Positions 45,291 through 55,084 of a DNA stretch of 64,000 nucleotides are shown in pieces. This DNA comes from Candidatus Cloacimonadales bacterium. GTDB taxonomy: Bacteria; Cloacimonadota; Cloacimonadia; Cloacimonadales; JAIOQZ01. Position numbers and translations under genes: made by a program. The stretch covers positions 2,592,001 through 2,656,000 of the forward strand of contig OY771587.1 in NCBI GenBank assembly GCA_963674825.1, read 5' to 3'. Position 1 is the stretch's first letter; every line of letters starts with the position of its first letter. Under the pieces are notes generated by a model, which was given only the letters and a program-made list of their open reading frames with translations, was not told where the DNA came from and searched no databases.

Positions 45291-45998
45291 TTAACTACTA
45301 CTGCCGGCTTTGGCGATCGTCAGCACATTCACGATCCTTGCACCGACATCTTTCAAAGCACCTGCCGCAGAACTTGCGGTAGAGCCTGATGTAAAGACAT
45401 CGTCAACCAGCAGGATCGTCTTGCCGTAAACGTCACTGTGCGTGACGAATGCGTCTTTCAAGTTCGTCTTCCGTTCGTTACGGTTCAGGCTGGTTTGCGT
45501 CTGAGTATAGCGGCAGCGTTTGAGAAGGTCCGGATTGTATTTCCAGCCCATAGTCTGTGCGACACCCTTCGCATAGCGATCAGCCTGATTGTAACCGCGA
45601 TGCCTGCGCCGTACGCTGTGGAGCGGAATCGGCGATACATAATCGATGTGCATATCGAAAGGACGGTAGTGCATCAGGAACGCTACCGATTTCTCAATCA
45701 GACAGTCCGCGATCGTCGGAAGATCGTGATATTTCATTTCGTGAATTATCTTTTGGGTCATTTTGTCAAATGGAAAAACCGATGCCGCGAAATCGAACCG
45801 ATAGTTCATCGACCGGCAATGCGAACATTGGCTTCCCTGCTGTATCGGCGATCCGCACCGAGGGCAAAGCAGTCCTACCGAATAGTCGAGTTGTGAATAA
45901 CAATCTTCGCATAGCCAACCCTCTTCGATATGCTCGCCGCAGCCTATGCAGATGCGAGGAAAGATCAGCGATATCAAATCACTGAAGCCAGTTCTCAA
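45291..45998 (-). CDS. comF: ComF family protein (double zinc ribbon + phosphoribosyltransferase)
   Basis: CIGC, C..C, CPRCG, CSHC; PIPLH..R..RGYNQA; LLVDDVFTSGST. Start uncertain (45998 TTG or 46025 ATG). Confidence 0.88.
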   Translation of the reverse strand: MRTGFSDLISLIFPRICIGCGEHIEEGWLCEDCYSQLDYSVGLLCPRCGSPIQQGSQCSHCRSMNYRFDFAASVFPFDKMTQKIIHEMKYHDLPTIADCLIEKSVAFLMHYRPFDMHIDYVSPIPLHSVRRRHRGYNQADRYAKGVAQTMGWKYNPDLLKRCRYTQTQTSLNRNERKTNLKDAFVTHSDVYGKTILLVDDVFTSGSTASSAAGALKDVGARIVNVLTIAKAGSSS

Positions 45999-46668
45999 TC
46001 GAGTCGAAAATACCTTTCCCGTCATGGCTTGCCACAATGTCCTCCGCCGCACGTTCCGGATGCGGCATCATGCCCAGGATGTTCCCCTTCTCGTTGGAGA
46101 TCCCCGCGATGTTGTAGATCGCGCCGTTTGGGTTGGCAGCTTCGGTAATCTCGCCTTCGGCCGTGCAATAGCGAAACATGATCTGGTCATTGTCCTGTAG
46201 GCGCTTGAGTCCGTCGGCGTCGATGTAGTAGTTGCCTTCCTTGTGTGCGATAGGGATATCCAGCACTTGTCCAGCCTGGAGCTTGTTGGTGAACGGTGTT
46301 CCAGTCTTTTCGCAGCGAATATACTGGTGCTTGCATATGAATTGCAATGACTGGTTCATCATAAGTGCGCCAGGGAGCAGTCCAGTCTCTGTGAGAACCT
46401 GGAATCCGTTGCAGATACCAATGACGATGCCGCCCTTCTCAGCGAACTTCACCACTTCCTGAATGATGGGTGAGAACTTGGCGATCACGCCGGCACGCAG
46501 GTAGTCACCATAAGAAAATCCGCCAGGCAGGATCACCACATCGGGGTTACCAAGGTCGGTCTCTTTATGCCAGACCATATTCGCGCTCTGTCCGCGCAGG
46601 GTAGGGATCCAGATGCTGTCGTGGTCGCAGTTCGAACCGGGAAATTGAATAACGGCGTATCGGATCAT
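45979..46668 (-). CDS. purQ: Phosphoribosylformylglycinamidine synthase subunit PurQ
   Basis: FPGSNCD, PGGFSYGDYLRAG, GICNGFQ, NPNG, MMPHPER. Confidence 0.97.
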   Translation of the reverse strand: MIRYAVIQFPGSNCDHDSIWIPTLRGQSANMVWHKETDLGNPDVVILPGGFSYGDYLRAGVIAKFSPIIQEVVKFAEKGGIVIGICNGFQVLTETGLLPGALMMNQSLQFICKHQYIRCEKTGTPFTNKLQAGQVLDIPIAHKEGNYYIDADGLKRLQDNDQIMFRYCTAEGEITEAANPNGAIYNIAGISNEKGNILGMMPHPERAAEDIVASHDGKGIFDSIENWLQ

Positions 46669-46916
46669 GAGAGCGTTCCTATCTCGTAACGGTAGGTTTC
46701 GGTGTTGGGGTTCGCCAGGATTTTATCGCAGATGGTCTCGATTTCCTGCTCTGCTTCATGCTGCGAACCAGCTTCCAGCTTGATCTCGATATATTTGCTG
46801 ACACGGACATCGGTCACTTTGTTGTAGCCGAGGTTGTTGATGGTCTGCTTGACGACCTTACCCTGAGGATCCAGAACACTGGGCTTCAATGTAACATAAA
46901 CTTTTGCCAGATACAT
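46665..46916 (-). CDS. purS: Phosphoribosylformylglycinamidine synthase subunit PurS
   Basis: LKPSVLDPQG, VRVSKYIE, LANP..E.Y. Confidence 0.95.
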   Translation of the reverse strand: MYLAKVYVTLKPSVLDPQGKVVKQTINNLGYNKVTDVRVSKYIEIKLEAGSQHEAEQEIETICDKILANPNTETYRYEIGTLS

Positions 46917-46918
46917 GA

Positions 46919-47647
46919 TTAGCTTCCTTTTATCTCTTGTTTTATAGTCGATGCATGAAATATTTTAATAATTGCGTACCGAACAAGGCAATACATTACG
47001 TAGAGCCCCATTACAACCATGTACATGAGGTAGGGATAGAAGATGCCGGCGATGATAAGCCCAAGCATTACATAGAATCGGACATCGATATATACTTTCT
47101 TCCATTTCAGTGCGCCAATGCTTAGAAATTCAATATGGCTGATCATCAGCAGTGCGATGACGGGGAGGATAATCAGCAAATATCCTTCCGGGAAATGGAA
47201 TGAATCAAAATGCTGCTCGAAAAGCGTCATGGATGATATGAATCCCGCTGCTGCCGGAATGGGAAGACCATAGAAGTTGTGTTTCTGGCCGTCTCCGGGG
47301 TCATTGAGATTGTAACGCACCAAGCGGTATCCTCCGCAGATAACATAGAAGAAAGCCGTCAATGCACCCAAGATTCCCAAGTGCTCCAGGCCGATCCTGT
47401 AGAATAGATATCCCGGCACCACGCCGAAGGATACGAAATCGACCAGACTGTCGTACTCAGCGCCGAAATTGCTCGTTGCGTGAAGCGCACGGGCTACTTT
47501 ACCGTCGAGCCCGTCGCAGATAATCGCGAAAAGGATAAGCCATGCTGCAGTAGTGTAATGCTCGAGCGTAATCAAATGCAGCGCAGTGAGTGAAAACGCC
47601 AGACTGCATGTCGTGATGACATTGGGGAGCAAATTTCTTATGCTCAA
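46919..47647 (-). CDS. pssA: CDP-diacylglycerol--serine O-phosphatidyltransferase
   Basis: LPNVIT, DGLDGKVAR, FGAEYDSLVDFVSFGVVP, RLVRYN, F.GLPIPAAA. Confidence 0.88.
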   Translation of the reverse strand: MSIRNLLPNVITTCSLAFSLTALHLITLEHYTTAAWLILFAIICDGLDGKVARALHATSNFGAEYDSLVDFVSFGVVPGYLFYRIGLEHLGILGALTAFFYVICGGYRLVRYNLNDPGDGQKHNFYGLPIPAAAGFISSMTLFEQHFDSFHFPEGYLLIILPVIALLMISHIEFLSIGALKWKKVYIDVRFYVMLGLIIAGIFYPYLMYMVVMGLYVMYCLVRYAIIKIFHASTIKQEIKGS

Positions 47648-48222
47648 CTGCGTCTCCCGATGATCGTTTCACCCGCGACGACCTTCTCGCCTGTCGCGAT
47701 ATCAATTGTCCAGCCCTGTGGGAAGATCATCGACGCTGTGCATTTCCCCACGGTCGCACCCTTCATCCTGCCCTGCGTTGTAACCTCGTCGGCGAAAACG
47801 TGGATGTGATTGCCGGTAAGCTCACATTGGACATCCGATCCCTGGAAACCGTAGATCACCTCGTTAATCTTCGTGAAGCTCATGCCAGTCATAAGGCTGC
47901 GGATATCGACATAGTTGAGGGCCTTCTTTTCGATCGTGAGTTTATTGCCTTCAATCGATACGACGGTGCCATGTACCGGAGCAAGGCAAATGCCCGTTTC
48001 CTGCGGCGGCATCGGACGATAGACTCGATGCAGGTATATAATACCGAGGAAAAGAAACAGCCCGACCATTGAAGATATCTTAACATAGTCATTCTCGTAA
48101 TACGAGAAAATCACAAAGCCCAGAACGACCAGCGCGATGGGGAAGATCGCCAGCTTGTATTTTAGACGCTGTACCTGCATCAGCATGGTGGTCGGAGTGA
48201 AGTCTTCCAGTCTGGTGTTCAC
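47644..48222 (-). CDS. Phosphatidylserine decarboxylase-related protein, degenerate
   Basis: Two N-terminal transmembrane helices, LAPVHGTVVSI (cf. SPADG.V..I), C-terminal GEKVVAGETIIG; sits just upstream of pssA; no FGS/LGS motif. Confidence 0.6.
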   Translation of the reverse strand: MNTRLEDFTPTTMLMQVQRLKYKLAIFPIALVVLGFVIFSYYENDYVKISSMVGLFLFLGIIYLHRVYRPMPPQETGICLAPVHGTVVSIEGNKLTIEKKALNYVDIRSLMTGMSFTKINEVIYGFQGSDVQCELTGNHIHVFADEVTTQGRMKGATVGKCTASMIFPQGWTIDIATGEKVVAGETIIGRRS

Positions 48223-49511
48223 ACGCCCACCCTGTCGTAAATTTTCTGGACGTTGCGTGTATAGCGATTGTAGGAGAAGGCTTCGTCGAGGTCTTCCGTT
48301 GTGAGGTATTGCATGATTTCCGGATCGCTCTCAACAAGCTCCCGAAGTGGCTTCTTGGTCTTCCAGCATTCCATGGCTGATTTCTGGACCAGTGCGTAGG
48401 CTGTCTCGCGCGAACTACACTTTTTTGTTACGGTAAGCAACAGTGGTTGGGAGAAGACGAGTCCGTTGGTCAGATCGAGGTTACGCTGCATGTTCTCCGG
48501 GTAGAGGAGGAGGTTATCGACCAAGTTAATGGTCTTGTGCAGCATGTAGTCGACCAGGATGGTGGAATCAGGGAAGATGACCCGTTCTACTGAGGAATGG
48601 CTGATATCGCGTTCGTGCCAGAGCGCAACGTTTTCCAGTGCTGCCACTGCGTTGGTGCGGATCAAGCGTGCAAGACCGCAGAGCTGTTCGCTAACGATGG
48701 GATTGCGCTTGTGCGGCATCGCCGATGATCCTTTCTGGCCTTTCGTGAAATTTTCTTCTGCTTCCAGCACTTCGGTGCGCTGGAGGTGCCGGATTTCAAG
48801 CGCGATCTTCTCGATGGTTGCTGCGATAATGGCGAGCGTGGTCATAAACTCGGCATGGCGATCGCGTTGAATGACCTGCGTGGAGATGTTTACGGGCTTG
48901 AGCTCGAGGATCTCGCAGGCGATGGCTTCGATCTCGGGATCGATGTAAGCGTAGTTACCCACTGCACCGGAGATCTGGCCCACGGATACGGTTTCGATAG
49001 CCTGTTCCATGCGACGGATGTTGCGATTGGTTTCGTCGAACCAGAGCGCGAACTTGAGCCCGAAGCTTGTCGGCTCAGCGTGGATGCCGTGCGATCTGCC
49101 CACGCAAAGGGTGTCTTTATATTTTCTCGCCTTCATCTTGAGCACTTCGGAGAGCTTATAGAGGTCGCTGAGGATCATCTCACCGGCCTGTTTGAGTTGA
49201 ATCGCGCTGGCGGTATCCAGCATGTCGGATGATGTCATCCCCAGGTGGATCCACTTGCCCGGTTCGCCCACGTATTCGTTAACGTTGGTCAGAAAGGCGA
49301 TTACGTCGTGTTTGGTTGTTGCTTCGATTTCGAGGACGCGTTCAGCGTCGAAATCAGCCTTCTCTTCGATTGTTTTCCAGTCTTCGTCTGGTACGATCCC
49401 AACCCGGTTCATCGCCTGGCAGACAGCCAGTTCCACATCAAGCCAGGTGCGTAGTTTATTTTCGATCGTCCAGATTCGTCCCATCTCAGGACGGGTATAG
49501 CGTTCAATCAT
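48219..49511 (-). CDS. purB: Adenylosuccinate lyase
   Basis: MIERY, HDVIAF, H.GMTSSD, GRSHGIHAEP, GSSAMPHKRNP, HERDISHSSVER. Confidence 0.97.
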   Translation of the reverse strand: MIERYTRPEMGRIWTIENKLRTWLDVELAVCQAMNRVGIVPDEDWKTIEEKADFDAERVLEIEATTKHDVIAFLTNVNEYVGEPGKWIHLGMTSSDMLDTASAIQLKQAGEMILSDLYKLSEVLKMKARKYKDTLCVGRSHGIHAEPTSFGLKFALWFDETNRNIRRMEQAIETVSVGQISGAVGNYAYIDPEIEAIACEILELKPVNISTQVIQRDRHAEFMTTLAIIAATIEKIALEIRHLQRTEVLEAEENFTKGQKGSSAMPHKRNPIVSEQLCGLARLIRTNAVAALENVALWHERDISHSSVERVIFPDSTILVDYMLHKTINLVDNLLLYPENMQRNLDLTNGLVFSQPLLLTVTKKCSSRETAYALVQKSAMECWKTKKPLRELVESDPEIMQYLTTEDLDEAFSYNRYTRNVQKIYDRVGV

Positions 49512-50155
49512 CGGTTCCCCTGATTAAATGTTAGTTCTTTTACCTGTATCGGTTCCAGAGAGATTTTGTCAATGATAATATCGATAACTACCGCTCCGTT
49601 TTCGAGATAGCGAATCGAGGAGAGTCGATCGTTTTTGTTATACTCGAACCTGAGCTGGTGACGTCCATCGAGGCTGGTTATCGATTCAAGAAGATAGTTC
49701 CATGCGAATTCATACTTGAGGCCGTATTTCTCGAGCTCCCACTTTTGGAGGATCTCATGGTAATTGCTTTGTATAACGTTTGATAGCGATGAGAGCTGCC
49801 CCACCCAGTCGATATAGAGCGAATCGGAAGCCGGATCGGCAATACGGGTACCGTAACTGTCACGGATGAGAATCTCGTCCTCGCGGTAAACGGTAATGAA
49901 CGGAGTAGGTCTCGCTCCGAAAAGCCCGGTGTCGTATATATCGATGCGAAAGCGTTCGGCTGACTTGCGGATCACGATATTTTTACGGAAGGTGAGCTGC
50001 TCGTAGTTCATCTCGATGATGCCGTCGATGCGAAATTGCTCCCACATCTTGGCGTGCTGAACCAGGGCTTTTTCGGCCTCGATGGGTTTCTGCGTCATGG
50101 CGCAGCTGGAAAGAATCAGCGCGATCAGGATACCGAGGGTGATTTTCTGAGCCAT
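49508..50155 (-). CDS. Hypothetical lipoprotein (possibly LolB/DUF4292-like)
   Basis: ILSSC lipobox; beta-rich sequence; RIDIYDTGLFG. Confidence 0.6.
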   Translation of the reverse strand: MAQKITLGILIALILSSCAMTQKPIEAEKALVQHAKMWEQFRIDGIIEMNYEQLTFRKNIVIRKSAERFRIDIYDTGLFGARPTPFITVYREDEILIRDSYGTRIADPASDSLYIDWVGQLSSLSNVIQSNYHEILQKWELEKYGLKYEFAWNYLLESITSLDGRHQLRFEYNKNDRLSSIRYLENGAVVIDIIIDKISLEPIQVKELTFNQGNR

Positions 50156-51078
50156 AAGAGGATAAACGCGATTACCGAAGCGAGGATCATCACGGAGCTT
50201 AATATCTGCCCCTGGGTGAAATGCATCCAGATGAATCCGAGATGCTCGTCGGGTTGGCGGAAGAATTCGACCACGAAGCGGAATACACCATAGAGGCCGA
50301 TAAACGCCCAGAACACGTAGCCTTCACGTCGGGTTGTCCGCAACAATACGTAGAGCGTGACGCTGAGGACGAGTCCTTCCAGAAACGCCTCGTAGAGCTG
50401 TGATGGATGCCGCGGAAGGTTGATAGCTTCACCGGCGATGAGCCCTTTGATGCGGTTGCCGTCGGTGTTAGTTACGATAGTCGCTGCCTGGTTGATCTTC
50501 CAGCCCAGTTTATGAATGACGGATTGAACGTCGGCACGGTCGAGCGACAACTTTTCCGCATAGGGAAACAGCATTCCCCATGCGTGTGACGTGATGCGCC
50601 CGTAGAGCTCGCCGTTGATGAAGTTTCCCAGTCTGCCGAGTCCTAATCCCACAGCCACGAGCGGCATGGAAGGATCGGCGATTTGGTAGAACCGTATCTT
50701 GTTTTTGCGACAATAAAACAGAACGAAGAGGATCACACCGAGCGCGCCACCGTGGAAGGACATCCCACGGATTCCCACAAAACGCCAGTTGTCGGTAGGA
50801 TCGAAAGGCAGGATGATCTCCAGCGGATGCGCTGCGTAGTAGGGCAGATTGTAGAATAGCACATAGCCAAGTCTCCCGCCGACAATCACACCCAGCATGA
50901 TGTTGAAGATGAACGACTCGTATTGATTGCGATCCATCTCCATGCCGCGATACTTGAAGTTCCTGCGGATGAAGAAATAGCCGAGTCCGATCGCGGCGAT
51001 ATAGGCGATCGCATACCAGTGGATTGCGAGCGGTCCGAGACGCAACGCGACAGGATCGAAATCTGGAAATCGTATCAT
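50125..51078 (-). CDS. lgt: Prolipoprotein diacylglyceryl transferase
   Basis: IHWYA, GGRLGYVLFY, GMSFHGG, GRLGNFINGELYGR, RHPSQLYE, RF.VEFFRQPD. Confidence 0.96.
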   Translation of the reverse strand: MIRFPDFDPVALRLGPLAIHWYAIAYIAAIGLGYFFIRRNFKYRGMEMDRNQYESFIFNIMLGVIVGGRLGYVLFYNLPYYAAHPLEIILPFDPTDNWRFVGIRGMSFHGGALGVILFVLFYCRKNKIRFYQIADPSMPLVAVGLGLGRLGNFINGELYGRITSHAWGMLFPYAEKLSLDRADVQSVIHKLGWKINQAATIVTNTDGNRIKGLIAGEAINLPRHPSQLYEAFLEGLVLSVTLYVLLRTTRREGYVFWAFIGLYGVFRFVVEFFRQPDEHLGFIWMHFTQGQILSSVMILASVIAFILLWLRKSPSVS

Positions 51079-51093
51079 GTTCAATTCCTTCTA

Positions 51094-51129
51094 TAAAAAC
51101 AGAAGAGGATGCGCAGGGCGATCCTCTTC
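51094..51129 (-). terminator. Intrinsic terminator after etfB
   Basis: Minus strand: gaagaggat-cgccctgcgc-atcctcttc-tgttttt. Confidence 0.7.
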
Positions 51130-51141
51130 ATAAAACGTCAA

Positions 51142-51924
51142 TCAGGTTTGCAGCTCTTTCAGCCGCTTGTAGAGGATTTCAGCGGCGTCCTCCGGCGCAA
51201 CCTCGTGTTTCTCGCCATGCTTCTCGTGCTTGGGTGAGAAGATTCGAACCACCTGTGTGGGAGAGCCATTGAGGCCAACAGCGTTCTCTTCCAGGCCGAG
51301 GTCGTCAAGACCCCATACAGTCATTTCTGCATTACGCGCGGCGCGCTTTCCACGAAGGGACGGCAGTCGCGGTTCGTTGATTTCCTTAACAACGGTTATC
51401 AGTGCTGGCATTGGCATCTGGACTCTATCATAGCCGTCTTCCATCAGACGCTGGCAGATCATGTTGCCGTTCTCGATCTTCTCGATCTTACGAACAAAGC
51501 AGGTCTGCGGAAGTTTGAGGTGCGTTGCCACGCCGGGTCCCACCTGTGCGGTGTCGCCGTCGATAGCTTGCTGGCCCATGATGATAAGGTCGTAATCGCC
51601 GAATTTCTTGATTGCTGCGGCGAGCGTCAGGCTGGTTGCCCAAGTATCGGCCCCAGCGAACGGACGGCCTGATACGAGGATAATCTCATCCACACCGATA
51701 GAAACGGCTTCACGAAGGGCGTTTTCTACCTGCGGCGGCCCCATGCTGATCGCTGTCACCTTTCCGCCGTACTCCTCTTTCAGGCGTAGTGCTTCTTCGA
51801 TGGCGTACATATCGAACGGATTGATGATGCTTTCCACACCTTCGCGAACAAGCGTATTGGTTACGGGATCGATACGGATATCGGTCGTGTCCGGAACCTG
51901 TTTGATCGATACGATAATATTCAT
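51142..51924 (-). CDS. etfB: Electron transfer flavoprotein beta subunit
   Basis: IKQVPD, INPFD.YAIEEA, SMGP, GADTWATS, AIDGDTAQVGP, NEPRLPS, GSPT.V. Confidence 0.95.
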   Translation of the reverse strand: MNIIVSIKQVPDTTDIRIDPVTNTLVREGVESIINPFDMYAIEEALRLKEEYGGKVTAISMGPPQVENALREAVSIGVDEIILVSGRPFAGADTWATSLTLAAAIKKFGDYDLIIMGQQAIDGDTAQVGPGVATHLKLPQTCFVRKIEKIENGNMICQRLMEDGYDRVQMPMPALITVVKEINEPRLPSLRGKRAARNAEMTVWGLDDLGLEENAVGLNGSPTQVVRIFSPKHEKHGEKHEVAPEDAAEILYKRLKELQT

Positions 51925-51936
51925 ACTGTTAACCCC

Positions 51937-53043
51937 TTACAAATTATAAAATTCCCGAATGGTGCGAATCACGTAGTCTTGGGATTCGCGCGGTAGCTCG
52001 GAATAAATCGGGATTGAAAGAACCTGATTGGCCCGTTCTTCCGAGATCGGGAAGTCACCCTTCTTGTAGCCGAGATACTGGAAGCATTCCTGAAGGTGCA
52101 GTGGCAGCGGATAATAGATCGCGCAGCCGATGTTGTTCTCTTGCAGGTGCTTCATGAGGTCGTCGCGGTTTTCGACGATGAGCGTGTATTGGTTATAGAT
52201 GGTCTCTGCGTCCGGATGGATGACCGGCGTCTTGACCATTGGCAGATTTTGCAGATTTTCATCGTAGTAAGCAGCGTTGTCGCGGCGCATCTTCGACCAC
52301 TGGTCGAGGTATTGCAGTTTCGCGATGAGCACGGCTGCCTGCATGGTGTCCATGCGGCTGTTAAGGCCTACCCATTTGTGATAATACTTCGGGTTTTCAC
52401 CATGAACGCGCATCTGACGGAGCTTTGCACCGAGTTCATCGCTCTGCGTGAGGCACATACCCGCGTCACCCATCGCGCCGAGGTTTTTGCTCGGGAAGAA
52501 GGAGAGCGTTCCGATATCGCCGATCGTTCCAGCGACCTGCCCCTTGTAACGTGCACCAATGCCCTGTGCGTTGTCTTCGATCACGTAGAGGTTGTGCTTC
52601 TTCGCGATTTCCATGATGCGATCCATCTCGCAGGCCTGTCCGAAGAGGTGCACCGGCATGATGGCTTTGGTGTTGGGCGTAATCGCCGCTTCGATAAGCG
52701 CTGGATCAAGATTGAAGGTGTCCGGCAGGATATCGACAAACACCGGTTTTGCGCCAACGCGCTGGATAGAGCCGGCGGTTGCGAAGAAAGTAAACGGTGT
52801 GGTGATCACTTCATCACCGGGGCCAAGGTCAAGCGCTTTGAGCGCAAGCACGAGTGCGTCCGATCCGGAAGCGCAGCCGATAGCGTTTTTAACTTCGTTG
52901 TATTCTTCCATCCTGGTTTCCAGTTCTTTGATCTGGGGTCCCATGATGTAGTAGTGGGTCTTGTATATTTCTTCGAGTCTGGTTTTAATCTCGTCCAGGA
53001 CGGGTTCGTATTGTGCGTGAAGATCAAGAAGCGGGACTTTCAT
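51937..53043 (-). CDS. DegT/DnrJ/EryC1/StrS PLP-dependent sugar aminotransferase
   Basis: SGSDAL, FTFFAT, PVHLFGQ, EDNAQ, SFFPSKNLG, NSRMD. Confidence 0.95.
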   Translation of the reverse strand: MKVPLLDLHAQYEPVLDEIKTRLEEIYKTHYYIMGPQIKELETRMEEYNEVKNAIGCASGSDALVLALKALDLGPGDEVITTPFTFFATAGSIQRVGAKPVFVDILPDTFNLDPALIEAAITPNTKAIMPVHLFGQACEMDRIMEIAKKHNLYVIEDNAQGIGARYKGQVAGTIGDIGTLSFFPSKNLGAMGDAGMCLTQSDELGAKLRQMRVHGENPKYYHKWVGLNSRMDTMQAAVLIAKLQYLDQWSKMRRDNAAYYDENLQNLPMVKTPVIHPDAETIYNQYTLIVENRDDLMKHLQENNIGCAIYYPLPLHLQECFQYLGYKKGDFPISEERANQVLSIPIYSELPRESQDYVIRTIREFYNL

Positions 53044-53055
53044 CGAATATACTCC

Positions 53056-54135
53056 TTATTTGATATTTGCGTTTATAAGGATCGCTGAAGAAACGATACC
53101 TGCGATAATGCTGAGCGTGGTGAGGTAATTCTGCATCCAGCTCAGAGTATTCTGCGGAATATGCACAGTATCGCCTGGGCGTATGGGCTCGACGGCCAGA
53201 TCCTTTCGGTGTCCGTCGGGAGCGTAAACTTTTGCTTTCCTTAGGCTTCCGGTGTTGAGAAGACCACCGGCTTTGCTAACGTATTGTATGATTGAACCGC
53301 CGGAAATATACGGGTAGGGACCCGGTTCCGGAATGTTCCCGGTTACATATACAAATGCCGCTTCGACGGATACGAACACGCTGTCACCGGGAGCGACTAA
53401 AAAGTCTGTATTGGTCTTGATCAACTCGCCATTACGGAAAGCCGTGATGCGATCGAATTCAGACCACTTCAGCTTATGTCCGAGGTTCAGGAATATATCC
53501 CGAGATGGAGTCTCTTTATCGAGTTCGTAGTATTCCACGACGTAGGTGGTGTCGTTGCTGACATAAACCTTGGCGTAATCTTTCGCGAAGGGAACGAAGA
53601 CGATGTCATCTTCCATAATCAACGGGTTCTGAGTCAGATCGCCGTCCGAGAGATACTTACGCAAATCGTAAGTTGTCTTTCTGCCATCTCGGATGATTTC
53701 GATTTTCCGGCTGGAATAGGGCAGGAGTCCCCCGCTTTGAGCCAGCGCGTGACTCAGCGTGACCATTTTTTCGGAATAATATTCTCCCGGGGTTGTTACC
53801 GCGCCGGTTACATGGAATCGAGTTGGCCCGAGTTCGAAGAGCTCCACCGAGACATATCCGCGCTTGATATTCTCGCGGATCGCGCCTTCCAACATGGATT
53901 TTGCTTCGTGCAGTGTCAATCCGGCAACTTGCAGCGCATCAGTGAGTGGCGGAAGCTTAATGATACCTTCTGGCTGTACCGGAACAAAAACACGCATACT
54001 GTCGGCACCCATAATGTGCACCAGAAACGCGTCTCCGACCTTCATCCGGTACTGGTCGGGATCGAGATTGGACTTTGCACTCAGGCCAAGGCAAAGGATG
54101 GCCAGCACGAATAAAAGCAATACCTTACTTTTCAT
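53056..54135 (-). CDS. Polysaccharide export / SLBB-domain protein (Wza-like)
   Basis: Signal peptide, Y....GD, V.PEG.I.LP, VTGAV..PG.Y, AGG SLBB repeats, PGDTV.IP. Confidence 0.82.
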   Translation of the reverse strand: MKSKVLLLFVLAILCLGLSAKSNLDPDQYRMKVGDAFLVHIMGADSMRVFVPVQPEGIIKLPPLTDALQVAGLTLHEAKSMLEGAIRENIKRGYVSVELFELGPTRFHVTGAVTTPGEYYSEKMVTLSHALAQSGGLLPYSSRKIEIIRDGRKTTYDLRKYLSDGDLTQNPLIMEDDIVFVPFAKDYAKVYVSNDTTYVVEYYELDKETPSRDIFLNLGHKLKWSEFDRITAFRNGELIKTNTDFLVAPGDSVFVSVEAAFVYVTGNIPEPGPYPYISGGSIIQYVSKAGGLLNTGSLRKAKVYAPDGHRKDLAVEPIRPGDTVHIPQNTLSWMQNYLTTLSIIAGIVSSAILINANIK

Positions 54136-55084
54136 AATGGGCTATGATTCTCTCTAGAATTTTGTCGAGGGATATCTGCGGTTCGTAACCGACGTATTCT
54201 TTGATCTTGCTGATGTCCGGTACGCGACGACGCATATCTTCGAAACCTTCTTCGTAAGCGTCTGCGTAATCGATAAACTCAATCTTGGAGCTGCTCCCGG
54301 TCATCTTCTTGATCGTTTCTGCCAAGTCTTTAATTTTGATTTCTTCGGTGTTGCCGATGTTGAAGATTTCGCCTTCGGCTTTCTTCTCGGCCATCAGTTT
54401 GATGAGTCCGGAAGAAACATCGTCAACATCAGCGAAACAGCGGGATTGTTCACCGTCGCCAAAGATGGTGATGGGGTGGTCCAGAAGTGCGTTTTTAACG
54501 AACTTGGGGATAACCATGCCGTATTGGCCGGTCTGACGAGGTCCGACGGTGTTGAAACAACGTACGATCACAACGGGCAGTTTTTTCTCGCGATAGTAGG
54601 CGAGAGACAGGAACTCGTCGATCGCCTTGGCGGAGCTGTAGCTCCAGCGAGAGATGTGGGTAGACCCCAGCAGACGGTCGTCTTGTTCTTTGAACGGCAC
54701 GTTTTCACTTTTGCCGTAGATCTCGGAAGTAGATGTGATCAAAACTTTCTTTTTATATTTGTTTGCCAATTCCAGAACGATTTCGGTACCTGTGATGTTG
54801 GTACGGAGTGAAAGCAGCGGATTATCGATGATATATTTCACACCGACAGCCGCAGCCAGATGATAAATTTGATCGCATTCTTTAATGAGCCGTTCCATTG
54901 TGGTCTGGTTCAGGATTGTATCGATAGTGAACGTAAAGCGTTCATGTGATATCAGATGTGATATATTGGAGAGTCTGCCTGTGGAAAGGTTGTCGATAAT
55001 CGCTACTGTGTTTCCGGCTTCGAGAAGCTTTTCGCTGAGGTGAGAGCCGATAAAGCCAGCGCCTCCTGTGATTAATATCTTCAT
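54125..55084 (-). CDS. NAD-dependent nucleotide-sugar epimerase/dehydratase
   Basis: ITGGAGFIGSH, HLAAAVGV, STSEIYGK, YSSAK, FNTVGPRQ; ATG 55084. Confidence 0.93.
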   Translation of the reverse strand: MKILITGGAGFIGSHLSEKLLEAGNTVAIIDNLSTGRLSNISHLISHERFTFTIDTILNQTTMERLIKECDQIYHLAAAVGVKYIIDNPLLSLRTNITGTEIVLELANKYKKKVLITSTSEIYGKSENVPFKEQDDRLLGSTHISRWSYSSAKAIDEFLSLAYYREKKLPVVIVRCFNTVGPRQTGQYGMVIPKFVKNALLDHPITIFGDGEQSRCFADVDDVSSGLIKLMAEKKAEGEIFNIGNTEEIKIKDLAETIKKMTGSSSKIEFIDYADAYEEGFEDMRRRVPDISKIKEYVGYEPQISLDKILERIIAHYEK

